A program made the translations under genes and the position numbers. The notes under the pieces were generated by a model. That model searched no databases, had not been told where the DNA came from, and saw only the letters and a list, made by a program, of their open reading frames with translations. 64,000 bases of DNA from Anaeramoeba ignava BMAN. Lineage: Eukaryota; Protista; Anaeramoebae. The stretch covers positions 248,001-312,000 of the forward strand of contig JAPDFW010000103.1 of the NCBI GenBank assembly GCA_028826165.1, in the 5' to 3' direction. The stretch's first letter is position 1. Every line of letters starts with the position of its first letter. Shown here piece by piece: positions 10,901 to 23,995 of this stretch.

Positions 10901-13900
10901 ACAATTTTACATTCTGGACAAGTTAGAGTTGATTTGAAAAGACCTTGAAATAAATCAACAATAATTGAATCATTTCTTATTTTGTGTTTTTTCCAAGATT
11001 CTTCTGCAATATCTTCTTCATTTCTATTATATCCTTGTACGGGATCTGTTGTTGTTTTATCTTTGATTCTATTTAAATCTTCGTGTAATCCATCTAATAA
11101 AAATGCACAAAATTCTTGTGAATCTTGTTGTGATGTTCCTAAAAATTGTTTTGCATATTTTCCAATAGAAGATTTTAAACCATATGGATAAATCGAAGAA
11201 TAACTTCCCGACCAAACCTAATAATATTTTATATATTTTAAATATTTTAATATTTTAATATTTTTTATATTTTTTATATATTTAAAATATTTTATATATT
11301 TTATATATTTTATATATTTTAAATATTTTATATTATTTTATATATTTTATATATTTTATATACATCTTTCATAAGTTTCCCAAATTCGATAGCAATTTCA
11401 CCTTTCATTCCAATCTTATTTGTAGTATTAATTTCAGAAGTATATAAACCAGATAAGAAATATTGAGCTAAAGGAGCGGTGTTATGAAGACATTGAAGAA
11501 TTGAATTCATAAAACAGGTATTTCCAATATTAGATAAACCAGTTAAACCTCTAATAGCATCACTTTTATGATAGTTATAATTATAACTATTGCTCATTCC
11601 ATATCCAGTGCTTTGTGTGGTATTAAGTGATGAAGTTGAATAAGAAATACTTGATCTTAAATTAAATTATTTAAATTAAATTAAAAATTTCAAAATATTA
11701 TATTTTTATATTAATCTACTTTTCTTTTGTTTCTGATTCTGATTCGAATTTAATAATGATATTAAAAGGTTCTAATGAATTTAAATTTCCTAATAATTCA
11801 TTTTCATCTTCAATTTTTTCTATTCTAAAGTAGTTTATATAAAGGTCGACTTTATTTAAATAAATTTAAATAAATTTAATTTTAAAATCATTTGATATGA
11901 TTTATGATTTATCAAAAAAAATATTTTACAATTTTCTTTTAAATCATAATGTTCTTTAATTTTTTTTCTAAGAACTTTCACTTTTTCAGTTCTACTTAAA
12001 TAAAATTTGGTTTTTTGATATTTTTTATTCTCAAATTTCACTTTGATCTTTAGTTTGTGAATCTCAAGTCGAGGAGAAAAATCTTTTTTTAATTTAATAT
12101 AATAAAAGCGAAGTTCTGGTCCACCTCCATATCTTTATATTTAATTTTTAATTTTTAATTTTTAATTTTAATTTTGATTTTGATTTTGATTTTAATTTTA
12201 ATTTTGATTTTGATTTTAATTTTAATTTTAATTTTAATTTTGATTTTAATTTTAATTTTAATTTTAATTTTTAATTTTTAATTTTAATTTTGATTTTAAT
12301 TTTAATTTTAATTTTTATTTTAATTTTAATTTTAATTTTAATTTTAATTTTAATTTTAATTTTAATTTTGATTTTAATTTTGATTTTGATTTTGATTTTA
12401 ATTTTAATTTTAATTTTAATTTTAATTTTAATTTTAATTTTGATTTTAATTTTAATTTTAATTTTAATTTTAATTTTGATTTTTATTTTAATTTTAATTT
12501 TGATTTTGATTTTGATTTTAATTTTAATTTTGATTATTTACTTTTTTTGAAGATATTTCCAAATAGGAGCAGCTAAAACTTTATAATTCATGGACTCTTT
12601 AATAGATTTACTTACTTGACCATTTTGAAGAAGTATTGAATTATCTATTGGTTTTAAAGATTCATAATCAGGATCATCTTCTTCTGATTTAATATAAGAT
12701 TTCCAATCAGAATACCAAGATGTATTAATTAAATAACCACTATCTCCTGCTTTAGTTTCTGGTAATAATCTCACTTTATTTACTAAATATTCATATTCCT
12801 CAGCTTTCGTTAATATTTGATTTTCATCATCCAAATCTATTTCACTTTCTGAATCTATTTTAATTTTTTATCAGATTTTTATTTGAATTTAATTTTAATA
12901 TTAATTTTAATTTTAATTTTGATTTTAATTTTAATTTTGATTTTAATTTTAATTTTAATTTTAATTTTAATTTTAATTTTAATTTTAATTTTAATTTTAA
13001 TTTTAATTTTTTAATTTTTACTTTGAGTTTCATTTGTATCTTCTTCTAAGTTAATTGATTCTAATTCTTCCATTTTTTTTGCACCTCCAGTTTTGAGTTT
13101 TTGATTTGCATAATTTGATAAATAAAATTCCATAGGATTTTGATTTTTATTTTCATTTTCATTTTCATTTTGATTTTGATTTTGATTTTGATTTTGATTT
13201 TAATTTTAATTTTGATTTTGATTTTAATTTTAATTTTGATTTTGATTTTGATTTTGATTTTAATTTTAATTTTGATTTTAATTTTGATTTTAATTTTAAT
13301 ATTAATTTTGATTTTGATTTTAATTTTAATTTTAATTTTAATTTTTACTTTGAGTTTCATTTGTATCTTCTTCTAAGTTAATTGATTCTAATTCTTCCAT
13401 TTTTTTTGCACCTCCAGTTTTGCGTTTTTGATTTGCATAATTTGCTAAATAAGATTCCATAGGATTTTGATTTTTATTTTCATTTTCATTTTCATTTTCA
13501 TTTTGATTTTGATTTTGATTTTCATTATCATTTTCATCTTGATTTTCATTTTCATTTTGATTTTCATTATCATTATCATTTTCATTTTCATTTTGATTTT
13601 CATTTTCATTTTCATTTTCATTTTCATTTTCATTTTCATTTTGATTTTCATTTTGATTTTGATTTTCATTTTCATTTTGATTTTCATTTTCATTTTCATT
13701 TTCATTTTCATTTTCATTTGAACTTGATTCATATTCTGATGATTTTTGTTCTTGTTGTTTTTGTGAAATTGCTTTATTTGCTTTTGTATTTTCAGAATCG
13801 CTTTCTGATCTTGTTTGCGAATCTGTTATTTCTATCACTCTTTTAGGCGGTTTGTTTTTTTGATTTTTTAAATCATCTTCTATTTGTTTCTCTTTTGTTT

Positions 13901-14566
13901 CAGTTTTTAATTTAGTTTGTTCTTTGGTTTTATAATCACTATCACTATCAATATAACTATCACTTTGACTCAAACTTTGACTTGTGTTATTATTGTCACT
14001 TTCATTTGATTTTTTACTTATGCTTTCGCTTATACTTTCGACTGTACTTTCACTTTTACTTTTACTTTTACTTTTACTTGTACTTTTACTTTACTTTTAC
14101 TTTTACTTGTACTTGTACTTTTACTTTCACTTTTACTTTTACTTTTACTTTCACTTTCATTTTCATTTTCATTTTCATTTTGATTTTGATTTTCATTTTC
14201 ATTTTCATTTTTATTTTGATTTTGATTTTGATTTTGATTTTGATTTTCATTTTGATTTTGATTTTCATTTAAATTTTGATTTTGATTTTCATTTTGATTT
14301 TCATTTTGATTTAAATTTTCATTTTCATTTTCATTTTGATTTTCATTTAATTCATTTAAATTTTCATTTTGATTTAAATTTTCATTTTCATTTTGATATT
14401 GAATTTGATTTTGATTTTGATTTTGATTTTGATTTTGATTTTGATTTTGATTTTGATTTTGATTTTGAATTTGTTTTTGATTTTGATTTTCATTTTCATT
14501 TTCAATTTGATATTGAATTTCATTTTGATTTTCAATTTGTTTTTCTTTTAAAGTGTTTTGATCCAT
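7366..14566 (-). CDS. USP4/11/15-like ubiquitin carboxyl-terminal hydrolase (DUSP + UBL-like + split USP domain) with NE/ND low-complexity inserts
   Basis: Cys box [21 protein letters not shown]; [21 protein letters not shown]; His box [33 protein letters not shown]; [23 protein letters not shown]. About 5 GT-AG introns and one probable 1-nt indel near 14090 in an (ACTTTT)n tract. Confidence 0.92.
12140..12535. repeat. (TTTTAA/TTTTGA)n hexamer tract in a USP intron
   Basis: Visible hexamer array between donor 12541 and acceptor ~12133. Confidence 0.9.
13021..13170 (-). pseudogene. Duplicated 3' part of a USP exon (pseudo-exon) inside an intron
   Basis: Second copy of [39 protein letters not shown] plus its GT donor, 327 bp from the first copy. 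Three substitutions; no upstream AG acceptor. Confidence 0.7.
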
Positions 14567-14840
14567 TTCTTACTAAAATAAAGACTTTAGAATTTTTAAA
14601 TTTTTGAATTTTGTGTGTTTTTTTGTGTGTTTTGTTTTGAATTGTGTGTTTTGTTTTGTTTAGTTTAAATTTAAAAAAAAAAAATGAAAAAAATGAATTT
14701 AAAAATTTAATTAAAAAAAAGGAAAAAAAAAAGAAAGAAATAAAAAAATTTAATTAAAAGATTTTTTCTTTTTTTTTTCATTTTTCTTTTTTTTTTTCGT
14801 TATTTTTCTTCTTTATTTTTTCTTTATTAATTTTTTGGAA

Positions 14841-17800
14841 ATGTCTTATCAAAAAAGATCTTATTCTCTTGTAGAAAAAATGCTTGATATAAAATCAATT
14901 CGAAATAAAGAAGAAATTGAAAAAAACAAAAGAATATTGAGAACTGAATGTAAACAATAAATTTTTTTTTGTTTTTTGTTTTTTTTGTTTTTTTAAATTA
15001 ATTTTTGCTTGTTCAAAAGTTAATTATCCTTATGAATTACCTCAAATTATTCAAGAAGAACAAAAAGAACTTAAATTCTCTCAAAATCCAAAAAGTTTTT
15101 TACCAATTTATTTAGATTCTAAAGGAAATGTTTATAATTTATATTTCGAAAAATTGGATTTAAAAGAAATTTTTGCTTCTTTTGAAAATGAAAAATCTAA
15201 ATTTAATCATAAAATTATTAAGAATTTTCCAAAATTAAATCGACCTTCTCCAAAATTTCCTGATGACTTAAATTTTAAGGATTTTTCTGATTTTGAAACT
15301 GCCTTAATTAATTGGAAAAAGGATATGTTAACTTATATTGGATTTGCGAAGATTCCAAAAATAATTGGAAGAGCTTATGAAAGACCACAAGTTGATTTAA
15401 AAAAAGTAGAAATTCAAATATAAATATAAATCCAAATCAAAATCAAAATATCAAAATCCAAATTCAAAATCAAAATCAAAATGAAAATCAAAATGAAAAT
15501 CAAAATCAAAATCAAAATCAAAATCAAAATCAAAATCAAAATCAAAATCAAAATCAAAATCAAAATCAAAATCAAAATCAAAATCAATATCAAAATCAAA
15601 ATCAAAATCAAAATCAAAATTAAAATTAAAATTAAAATCAAAATCAAAATCAAAATCAAAATCAAAATTAAAATTAAAATCAAAATCAAAATCAAAATCA
15701 AAATCAAAATCAAAATATAAATCAAAATTAAAATCAAAGGTTTTAGATCAAACTTCAGAACAACAAAGAAAAATTGAAAAAAAAATGAAAACCCAAAGTG
15801 TTTCAATTAAACATTTTCCTTCTTTATTATCACCAAAACCAAAAGTATAAAAAAATCCAATAAATAAATTAAATAAATTAATTAAATAAATTAAATAAAT
15901 TAATAAAAGGTTCAATTTAGAGAAACAATAAGTGAAATCATAGATTTTCATCTTCCAACTAATTTCACAAAAATATCATGGGATCAAGAATTAATACCAG
16001 AAGAACCTGATCCTGAAAATTATAAAACTTTTGAAGGTTAAATCCAAAAAATATTCCTTTTAATTCTCAAAAAAAAAATTATTGATTTGATTTGATTTTA
16101 AAATAGAATTTGAAATTGCTTTCCAAAAATGGTCTCAAATTATTATGAACACAACCTCATTAATACCTCCACATGCTATAAACTTTGTTGATATGTTTGG
16201 ATTAATTACAAATAAAGAAAAACAAAGAAGAGAATTTCAAACAAAAGAAAAAGAAAAAAAAAGAAGACTCAAAGTATTTTGAAAAGAGAAATATTTTGTT
16301 TATATTTAAAGTTTAATGAATTTTGTTAAAAAAAATAGGAGAAGCTTTCAGAAAACAATGAAACAATAACACATCCAAATTTATATTTGAATTGGATTTT
16401 AAAAGTTAATCAATTTGTTGTACTTAATTCTTTAAATATTCAAGATTTTGAAAAAAAGATATTTTCCAAATCAAATTTTGTTGAATTAAAGGAAAATGAT
16501 GATCAGAATAAATTTGAAATAAATAATTTCCATCGACAAGAAAGCGAGAAAATTGTTTTACTCAAAAAGACACAATCAATGATGAGGATTATTCCAACAA
16601 AAGAGGAATTTGAAGAAAATCAAAAAACAGAAAAAGAAGAAAAAGAAATTGAAGATTTCGAACCAAAACAGAATTTATTAAATGGAAATACAATTGATCA
16701 AATTAATCAATTTATTGATTCTGTTATTAGTTTACAAAATCGAAATTTAACTAAATATCAACAATTCCATTCTGCAATTTTGGGAATTTGTCATGGTTTT
16801 TTTTCAAAAAGCTCAAAAGATCAACAAAACAAATTTGATAATTTTAATCAATATCTTAGACGAAAAGATATTTCAATGAAATTAATAAATGAATCTGTTG
16901 ATTCACCTGATAATATTGTTGTATTTATTTAAAAAAATAAAAATAAAAATAAAAATAAAAACTATAATTATCAATGAAATGGAAAAATTAAAAATTAAAG
17001 GGAAAAGAAGTTACTTTTGCAATTCCAAAATATGAGCTATCAACACCTTTTACAATAAAAGAACTCCAAACAAACCAAAAGTCGCTTCGAAATGAAGTTA
17101 TTAATTTAGATAAAGAACACAATGAAAATAATTTAATGGCTTGGAATCATCCAGTTTCTCTACCAACTGTATTTTTAATTAAAACATAAAAATTCTTCAA
17201 TTTTGGTTTTATGATTTTGATTTGTTGAATTGATAGGAATTAGCAAAATTCCAAGAATTGATTTTAAAGTTGGAATCTTTTGATCTAGATATTTTTCTCA
17301 AGTTTTTTACTCAATTTATTTATTTGGATCGGTTTGAACAATTATTATGGGAAAAAAAGATGTATTTAAATAATAAATCAGTCATGGAGTATATTGCTCA
17401 ATGTTTCACTTCAGAAAATTTCAAAGAATTACTAAAATTATTAAATTATTCTCCTTCTATTCTTTTTCAGTCAAAAGTAAACCAAATAATATTTTCATCT
17501 CTTCCTTCTGAAAATTTACAAAGTTGAATTTCTTATTCTCTTGGATTTTGTTAGGTTAGTTTATTTATCAAAATTTTCTTTCTCTTTCCGAAATCAATTG
17601 AAATATTCAAGACTTATCTTGATTCTTACCAAATGGAGGAAATATATCATATTACTTTTGCTTTTAATTTTCTAGCAAAAAATTCTTTTCAATTATTTCC
17701 TTGTGTTCATGTTTTCCAAAATTTTGATTTAGTTGTAAGAATTTCATTTAAACAAAAAACAAAAAGAAAAGTTTTAATGTGAAAAATGGAATATAAATGG

Positions 17801-19634
17801 GAAATTTTTAGAAATCAAATATTAAATACTCAATTTTAGAAAGAGACATATTCTTTCATTATTATTTGAAAATTCTATATCAATTAATTCAATCACAAAG
17901 AAGATACAGTTTTGATTCAATAAGTAGAATTTTAAAGGAAAAAGTAAATTATCTTGATGCTTCAATTCAAACGGGAATAGATATGAATAAGGATTATTTC
18001 GATCATGTATTTAAATTTATTTGTTCCAATTCGATTCACAATTCAGCATATTATTTATTTATTCTGATGCAACTTTTGGAGATTGAATCACAAACATTTC
18101 TTGTAAATTATAAAATTTAAATTGAAATTAAATTGAAATTAAATTGAAATTAAATTGAAATTAAATTGAAATTAAATTGAAATTAAATTGAAATTAAATT
18201 GAAATTAAATTGAAATTAAATTGAAATTAAATTGAAATTAAATTGAAATTAAATTGAAATTAAATTGAAATTAAATTGAAATTAAATTGAAATTAAATTG
18301 AATAGGGCCAACTACAATCAGAATCAATTGGATTATTCCAAAAATTAACAAACCCTCAAAATTCAAAATTCACAACCGTTAAACTTGCTTATCATCAAAT
18401 TTGGAAAAAATTACTCACTCTTCCTAATTGGAAATTCTTTCTTCTTTCACAATATTCAAAAAGAACACAACTTTTAATATCGGAGCTAAAATCAATAATA
18501 GAAAACAATAATAAAAATAATTCATCACTAATTGTAGAACTTATTAAATGTTATCTTAAAAATATATTGGAATCTTCAGATCAAAAAAACGAAACAGAAA
18601 TAAACATTTCTATTCCATTAAAAATTTTCGAGCTTTTGAAAGAATCTATATCTGTCAAGAGAAAAAAAAATGGGATTACTGAAATTGCAGAAATTTTATC
18701 ACTTTTTATCAAGTTATTTATGAAGCAAAAATTAATTCATTTTGAAAGCATTGTAAATAAAAAATCCAAAAAAGAAAATAAATGGATTGTAACAACCCAA
18801 TTCCTTCAAGAAATGATCAATTTAACAACCGAGAAATATGAAAAAGATGAAATTAAGACGTTTCTTTTTGCTTCTATCAGATTTATTCTTCGAACAAATC
18901 AATCATCCAATCCAAATTTGATTTTCCCGAATCAAGAAAATTTTTATTCTTCAATAATCTCTTCAATTCAAGAAAACAAAAAAGTAACTATTGCTCAACA
19001 AATGTGGGGAGTTTTCACTGACTGTGTTATTTATCAACCAGGAAGCATCTCCTTTTTTATTCAAAATGATTTGTTTAAATCTTTATTTGAAACACTATCA
19101 CCTCTAAATTATATCAATTCAATTTATGCAATGAAAACAATGGTAAAAATCATGAATTTAGTTAGTAAAGAAAGTGAAAGAATTTCCCAAAACAAATTTC
19201 CAAGACGTTCTCAAAAAAATTCTCTTCAATCATTTCAAAAAGACCAGAAAATTTTTTATCGTTTTATGGAAAAAAACTTATTGATTCTAAAAATTCATTT
19301 GATTTATACAGAATGTTTTCTAAAAAACAAAGAAGGTCAACTTTTTACGGTAAAAAATACAAAAAGATCTCATTTCTTTCCAAAAACATGAAAAGTGTTG
19401 ATCATATAATATATAAAAATTTTTTTTATTCTTTTTATTATTTAGAATTTGGGTCATGTTTATGAAGGTTTTTTTAAATCCAAAAAAATGGTTAAATTGA
19501 TGAAAAATGGTCCAAATAAACATATGTTTGAAGAAGAAATTTTATTAATGAGTCGAGTACTTGGATATGATAATTTAGGGAAAAATAATCAAAAACAAAA
19601 AAGGAAAAAGCATCAAAAATCAAAACAGAAATGA
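14841..19634 (+). CDS. Large multi-exon helical protein, probably Sca1-complex scaffold (ScaA)-like
   Basis: ATG at 14841; ORF pieces 15154-15423, 16387-16932, 17258-17527, 17866-18120, 18567-19391 and 19449-19634 are separated by GT-AG introns. Repeated motif PKFPDDLNFKDFSDFETALINW / PEEPDPENYKTFEEFEIAFQKW. The ScaA assignment is from recollection of the family, not a search. Confidence 0.55.
18119..18300. repeat. Near-perfect (AAATTGAAATT)n 11-bp tandem repeat in an intron
   Basis: About 16 identical units between donor ~18103 and acceptor ~18305. Confidence 0.92.
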
Positions 19635-19775
19635 ATTTGGAATTATTTTTTCTTTCTTTCTTTTCTTTCTTTTCTTTTTTTTTGGATTTAATTTGAAAAT
19701 AATTGGATAATGAAAAGAAAATCAAATAAAAACAAATTCAATAAAGAATTTTAATTTTAATTTTAATTTTAATTA

Positions 19776-21554
19776 TTAATTATTAAATTTGTTAATTAAT
19801 AAATCAAATAAATTTGGATTTGTTTGGTTTAATTGAAAATAATCAATTCCAACTTGAAGTTCATTAATAATTTCTTGTGTAATTTCAATTTCTTCTTTAA
19901 TTTGATTTGAATAAATCCAATATTCTAATATTTGAAATGATTTATTACTTAATTCACTATAATCTTTAACTTTGTTAGATTTATCTTCTGTAACAGATAA
20001 AAACATTCCTCGATATAATTCACTTCTCATTATTAATATTAATTTAGGAAATTTATATTGTTTTTCTTTTCTTTCAATAATAAAATCTTTTTCATTTTCA
20101 TTTTCATTTAAATAAATTCTTTTCATTGTTTCTTCAATTTTTTCATTTGAATTTATAATTTCTTTAATTTCAGAATATAATTTTGGATTTATTTTGGAAT
20201 TATTTGAATAAATCATTTCAAATATTTGATTTGATTCTTTAATTGATTTATTTGAAATAATTTCTTGAAGTTTTTCAATTTGATTTTCAATTTGATTTTG
20301 ATTTTGATTTAATCTATATTTCAATATTAATTTATGAGCTTCAATTATTTCTCCATTTTCTGTTTTAAATGAAATATCACAAAATTCTTTTCTTTGAAAT
20401 AATTTTATCAAATCTTCTTCAAGATTAGAAAAAGGAGGAGGAGAATAATAAATAAATGTATGATAAACTCCACAAGAAATATGATAATTAGAAATTTCTT
20501 CATTAAATCTTAATTTAGGAAGTTTAATTCGAATTGGAAATGGTTGATCTTCTGTATCTCCAGTTCCTAATTCACCAGAATAATTATTTCCAAATACTAT
20601 TAATTTTGAATTGGAAGTTAAAATCAAAGTATGATAATAACCAACAGAAAAATCAAGAATATAATCATTTTCAAATAAAGATGATTTTATTTCAGTAAAT
20701 CCATAAGTATCTTTCTCAAGTCCATTATATTGCCAATATCCACATGAATAAAGTTTTCTTTTTGGATTTTGATTTTCATTTTCAATCAACATTATTGAAT
20801 AAGTACATCCACATTTAATATCAATTATTTTACCTTTTGGAATATTTTGTATTTTGGTTAATTCTTGGATTTTTGTTTCTTCTTTTCTTGTTGATGTTCC
20901 TAATCCAACTTGATCATATTGATTATCTCCGCATCCAAATAATTCTTGATTTGAATTTAAAAGAAACATATGATAAGAAGAATTTCCTGAAAATATTTTA
21001 GAAACATTTTTCATCATTAAAATTGGTTTTTTTGTTTCTTTAAGTGTTTCAGAATCAAAACCAAGTTGACCATATCTATTTAAACCAATTCCATAAACAT
21101 TTTGATTTGAAGTTAATAAGTAAATTGAAACTTTTCCAGAAACAATATCTTCAATTATTCTATCATTTTTATCTTCAATTAATGATGAAATATTGATAAA
21201 TTCTTTTGGTAATCCTGCAAATATGTTTGTACTTATTTTGGCAAATACATTTCCTTCTTTTGTTAAAATAGCTTCATTTGAATAACCAACAGTTACTTTT
21301 TCAATATTTTCTTCAATTTGGATTTCTTCAGGTTTTTGATTTGAATCATTTTCACTTAAATATTCTATTGCTTTTCCATTTTCAAAAAGGAAAACTATTG
21401 AAAAAAAGCCTGATGAGATTTGTTTAATTTGTTTTTCATTTTCATTTTCATTTTCAAAATTAAACTGAATTGGAATTGGTTTTGTTATTTTATTTGGTTC
21501 ATTTTTTAAAAGAATTGGAAATATATTTCTTCCAAAAAATAAAATTTCATTCAT
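19776..21554 (-). CDS. RCC1-repeat + tandem BTB domain protein (copy A), intronless
   Basis: RCC1 repeats (YGIGLNRYGQLG, FGCGDNQYDQVGLG, FGNNYSGELGTGD, VGYYHTLILT); BTB-like FCDISF..IEAHKLILKYR and KLILIMRSELYRGMF. Confidence 0.88.
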   Translation of the reverse strand: MNEILFFGRNIFPILLKNEPNKITKPIPIQFNFENENENEKQIKQISSGFFSIVFLFENGKAIEYLSENDSNQKPEEIQIEENIEKVTVGYSNEAILTKEGNVFAKISTNIFAGLPKEFINISSLIEDKNDRIIEDIVSGKVSIYLLTSNQNVYGIGLNRYGQLGFDSETLKETKKPILMMKNVSKIFSGNSSYHMFLLNSNQELFGCGDNQYDQVGLGTSTRKEETKIQELTKIQNIPKGKIIDIKCGCTYSIMLIENENQNPKRKLYSCGYWQYNGLEKDTYGFTEIKSSLFENDYILDFSVGYYHTLILTSNSKLIVFGNNYSGELGTGDTEDQPFPIRIKLPKLRFNEEISNYHISCGVYHTFIYYSPPPFSNLEEDLIKLFQRKEFCDISFKTENGEIIEAHKLILKYRLNQNQNQIENQIEKLQEIISNKSIKESNQIFEMIYSNNSKINPKLYSEIKEIINSNEKIEETMKRIYLNENENEKDFIIERKEKQYKFPKLILIMRSELYRGMFLSVTEDKSNKVKDYSELSNKSFQILEYWIYSNQIKEEIEITQEIINELQVGIDYFQLNQTNPNLFDLLINKFNN

Positions 21555-21597
21555 TTTTGAAAAGAAAAAAATGAAAAAAATAATTTTAATTTTAATT

Positions 21598-23361
21598 TTA
21601 ATTTTGATTATTAAATTTCTTAATTAATAAATCAAATAAATTTGGATTTGTTTGATTTAATTGAAAATAATCAATTCCTCTTTCTATCTCATCAATTATT
21701 TCTTGTGTAATTTGAATTTCTTCTTTAATTTGATTTGAATAAATCCAATATTCAAATATTTGGAATGATTCATTACTTAATTCACTATAATCTGTAACTT
21801 TATTAGAAGTATCTTCTGTTACAGATAAAAACATTCCTCGATATAATTCACTTCTCATTATTAATATTAATTTTGGAAATTTATATTGTTTTTCTTTTCT
21901 TTCAATTATAAAATCTTTTTCATTTTCATTTAAATAAATTCTTTTCATTGTTTCTTCAATTTTTTCATTGGAATTTATAATTTCTTTAATTTCAGAATAT
22001 AATTTTGGATTTATTTTGGAATTGTTTGAATAAATCATTTCAAATATTTGATTTGATTCTTTAATTGATTTATTTGAAATAATTTCTTGAAGTTTTTCAA
22101 TTTGATTTTCATTTTGATTTAATCTATATTTTAATATTAATTTATGAGCTTCAATTATTTCTCCATTTTTGGTTTTAAATGAAATATTGCAAAATTCTTT
22201 TCTTCTAAATAATTTTATCAAATCTTCTTCAAGATTAGAGAAAGGAGAAAGTGAAAGGAAAGGGGAATAATAAAGAAATGAATTTTGAAATCCACAAGAA
22301 ATATGATAATTGGAAATATTTTCATTAAATCTTAATTTAGGAAGTTCAATTTGAATTGGAATTAATTGATTATTTGTATCTCCAGTTCCTAATTGGCCAA
22401 ATCTATTATCTCCAAATCCTATTAATTTCCCTTTATATGTTAAAATCAAAGTATGATTATATCCAACAGAAAAATCAAGAATATCATCATTTTCAAATAA
22501 AGATGATTTGATTTCAGTAAATTCTTTTGTATCTTGAATTTTGCCAAAACCGTTATTTTGAGAATATCCACATGAATAAAGTTTTCTTTTTGGATTTTGA
22601 TTTTCATTTTCAATCAACATTATTGAATGCCAACTCCCACATTTAATATCAATTATTTTACCTTTTGGAATATTTTGTATTTTGGTAAAGTTTTTGATCG
22701 TCTTTTCTTTTCTTGATTCTCCTAATCCAAGTTGACCGTTTGCATTATTTCCTGATGCAAATAATTCTTGATTTGAATTTAAAATAAAGATATGATAAGA
22801 AGAATTTCCTGAAAATATTTTAGAAACATTTTTCATCATTAAAATTGGTTTTTCTGCCTGAGTTGGTGATTTAGAACCAAGTTGAGAATAATAATTATCA
22901 CCAAAACCATAAGCATTATGATTTGAAGTTAATAAGTAAATTGAATTTTCTCCGCAAACAACATCTTCAATTATTCTATCATTTGTATCTTCAATTAATG
23001 ATGAAATATTGATAAATTGATTTGGATTTTTTGGATTAATAGCATATCCTTTTGCAAATACATTTCCTTCTTTTGTTAAAATAGCTTCATTTTGAAAACC
23101 AAAACTTACTTTTTGAATATTTTCTTCAATTTGAATTTTTTCAGGATTTTGTTTTGAACTTTGTAAATATTCTATTGCTTTTCCATTTTCAAAAAGGAAA
23201 ATTGTTGAAATCCAACTTGTTGAAATTTGTTTAATTTGTTTTTCATTTTCATTTTCATTTTCATTTTCAAATTTAAATTGAATTGGTTTTGCTATTGTTT
23301 CTGTTTCATTTTTGAAAAGTTTTGGTTTTTTATTTCTTCCAAAAAATAAAATTTCATTCAT
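21598..23361 (-). CDS. RCC1-repeat + tandem BTB domain protein (copy B), intronless; true start at 23361
   Basis: Paralogue of copy A beginning MNEILFFGRN. The ORF-track extension to 23658 is read-through from an upstream gene fragment. Confidence 0.88.
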   Translation of the reverse strand: MNEILFFGRNKKPKLFKNETETIAKPIQFKFENENENENEKQIKQISTSWISTIFLFENGKAIEYLQSSKQNPEKIQIEENIQKVSFGFQNEAILTKEGNVFAKGYAINPKNPNQFINISSLIEDTNDRIIEDVVCGENSIYLLTSNHNAYGFGDNYYSQLGSKSPTQAEKPILMMKNVSKIFSGNSSYHIFILNSNQELFASGNNANGQLGLGESRKEKTIKNFTKIQNIPKGKIIDIKCGSWHSIMLIENENQNPKRKLYSCGYSQNNGFGKIQDTKEFTEIKSSLFENDDILDFSVGYNHTLILTYKGKLIGFGDNRFGQLGTGDTNNQLIPIQIELPKLRFNENISNYHISCGFQNSFLYYSPFLSLSPFSNLEEDLIKLFRRKEFCNISFKTKNGEIIEAHKLILKYRLNQNENQIEKLQEIISNKSIKESNQIFEMIYSNNSKINPKLYSEIKEIINSNEKIEETMKRIYLNENEKDFIIERKEKQYKFPKLILIMRSELYRGMFLSVTEDTSNKVTDYSELSNESFQIFEYWIYSNQIKEEIQITQEIIDEIERGIDYFQLNQTNPNLFDLLIKKFNNQN

Positions 23362-23417
23362 TTTTGAAAAGAAAAAAATGAAAAATGAAATTTTAATTTT
23401 AATTTTAATTTTAATTT

Positions 23418-23722
23418 TGATTATTAATAAATCAAATAAATTTGGATTTGTTTCATTTAATTGAAAATAATCAATTCCAGTTTTAAATTCATTAATTATT
23501 TCTTGTGTAATTTCAATTTCATCTTTAATTTGATTTGAATAAATCCAATATTCAAATATTTGAAATGATTTATTACTTAATTCACTATAATCTGTAACTT
23601 TATTAGATTTATCTTCTGTTACAGATAAAAACATTCCTCGATATAATTCACTTCTCATTATTAATATTAATTTTGGAAATTTATATTGTTTTTCTTTTCT
23701 TTCAATTATAAAATCTTTTCAT
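23418..23722 (-). pseudogene. 5'-truncated RCC1-BTB fragment (last ~100 codons)
   Basis: EKDFIIERKEKQYKFPKLILIMRSELYRGMF...NPNLFDLLI is nearly identical to the 3' ends of copies A and B, and directly abuts the minisatellite at ~23722. Confidence 0.85.
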
Positions 23723-23995
23723 TAATTTATTTCAAAAATGGAATAAAGAATATTAAATAATTAAATTTAAAATTAATTATATTTTATATATTTTATTAAC
23801 ATTTCTTTATTTAAAATAATATAAAATTATTCCCAATAATTTAATAAAATTAATAAAATATTTTAATTAATTTATTTCAAAAATGAAATAAAGAATATTA
23901 AATAATTAAATTGAAAATTAATTATATTTTATATATTTTATTAATATTTCTTTAAAATAATATAAAATCATTACAAATAATTTAATAAAATTGAA
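23720..23995. repeat. ~144-bp minisatellite type 1 (about 2 units), 3' of BTB-TLDc copy 1
   Basis: Unit TTAATTTATTTCAAAAATGGAATAAAGAATATTAAATAATTAAA... is repeated; same family as 45760-46780. Confidence 0.8.

Noticed and set aside
5840-15806. Many ORF-track entries such as poly-IL, poly-KI, poly-FN, MKMK and FHFDN (also at 34572-36045, 51699-55324 and 62244-62687)
   Set aside because: They are alternative-frame or antisense translations of hexamer and other simple repeats, not genes.
23362-23658. N-terminal BTB extension on the 686-aa ORF
   Set aside because: Read-through from the 5'-truncated fragment via a small deletion near its stop; the paralogue starts at MNEILFFGRN.
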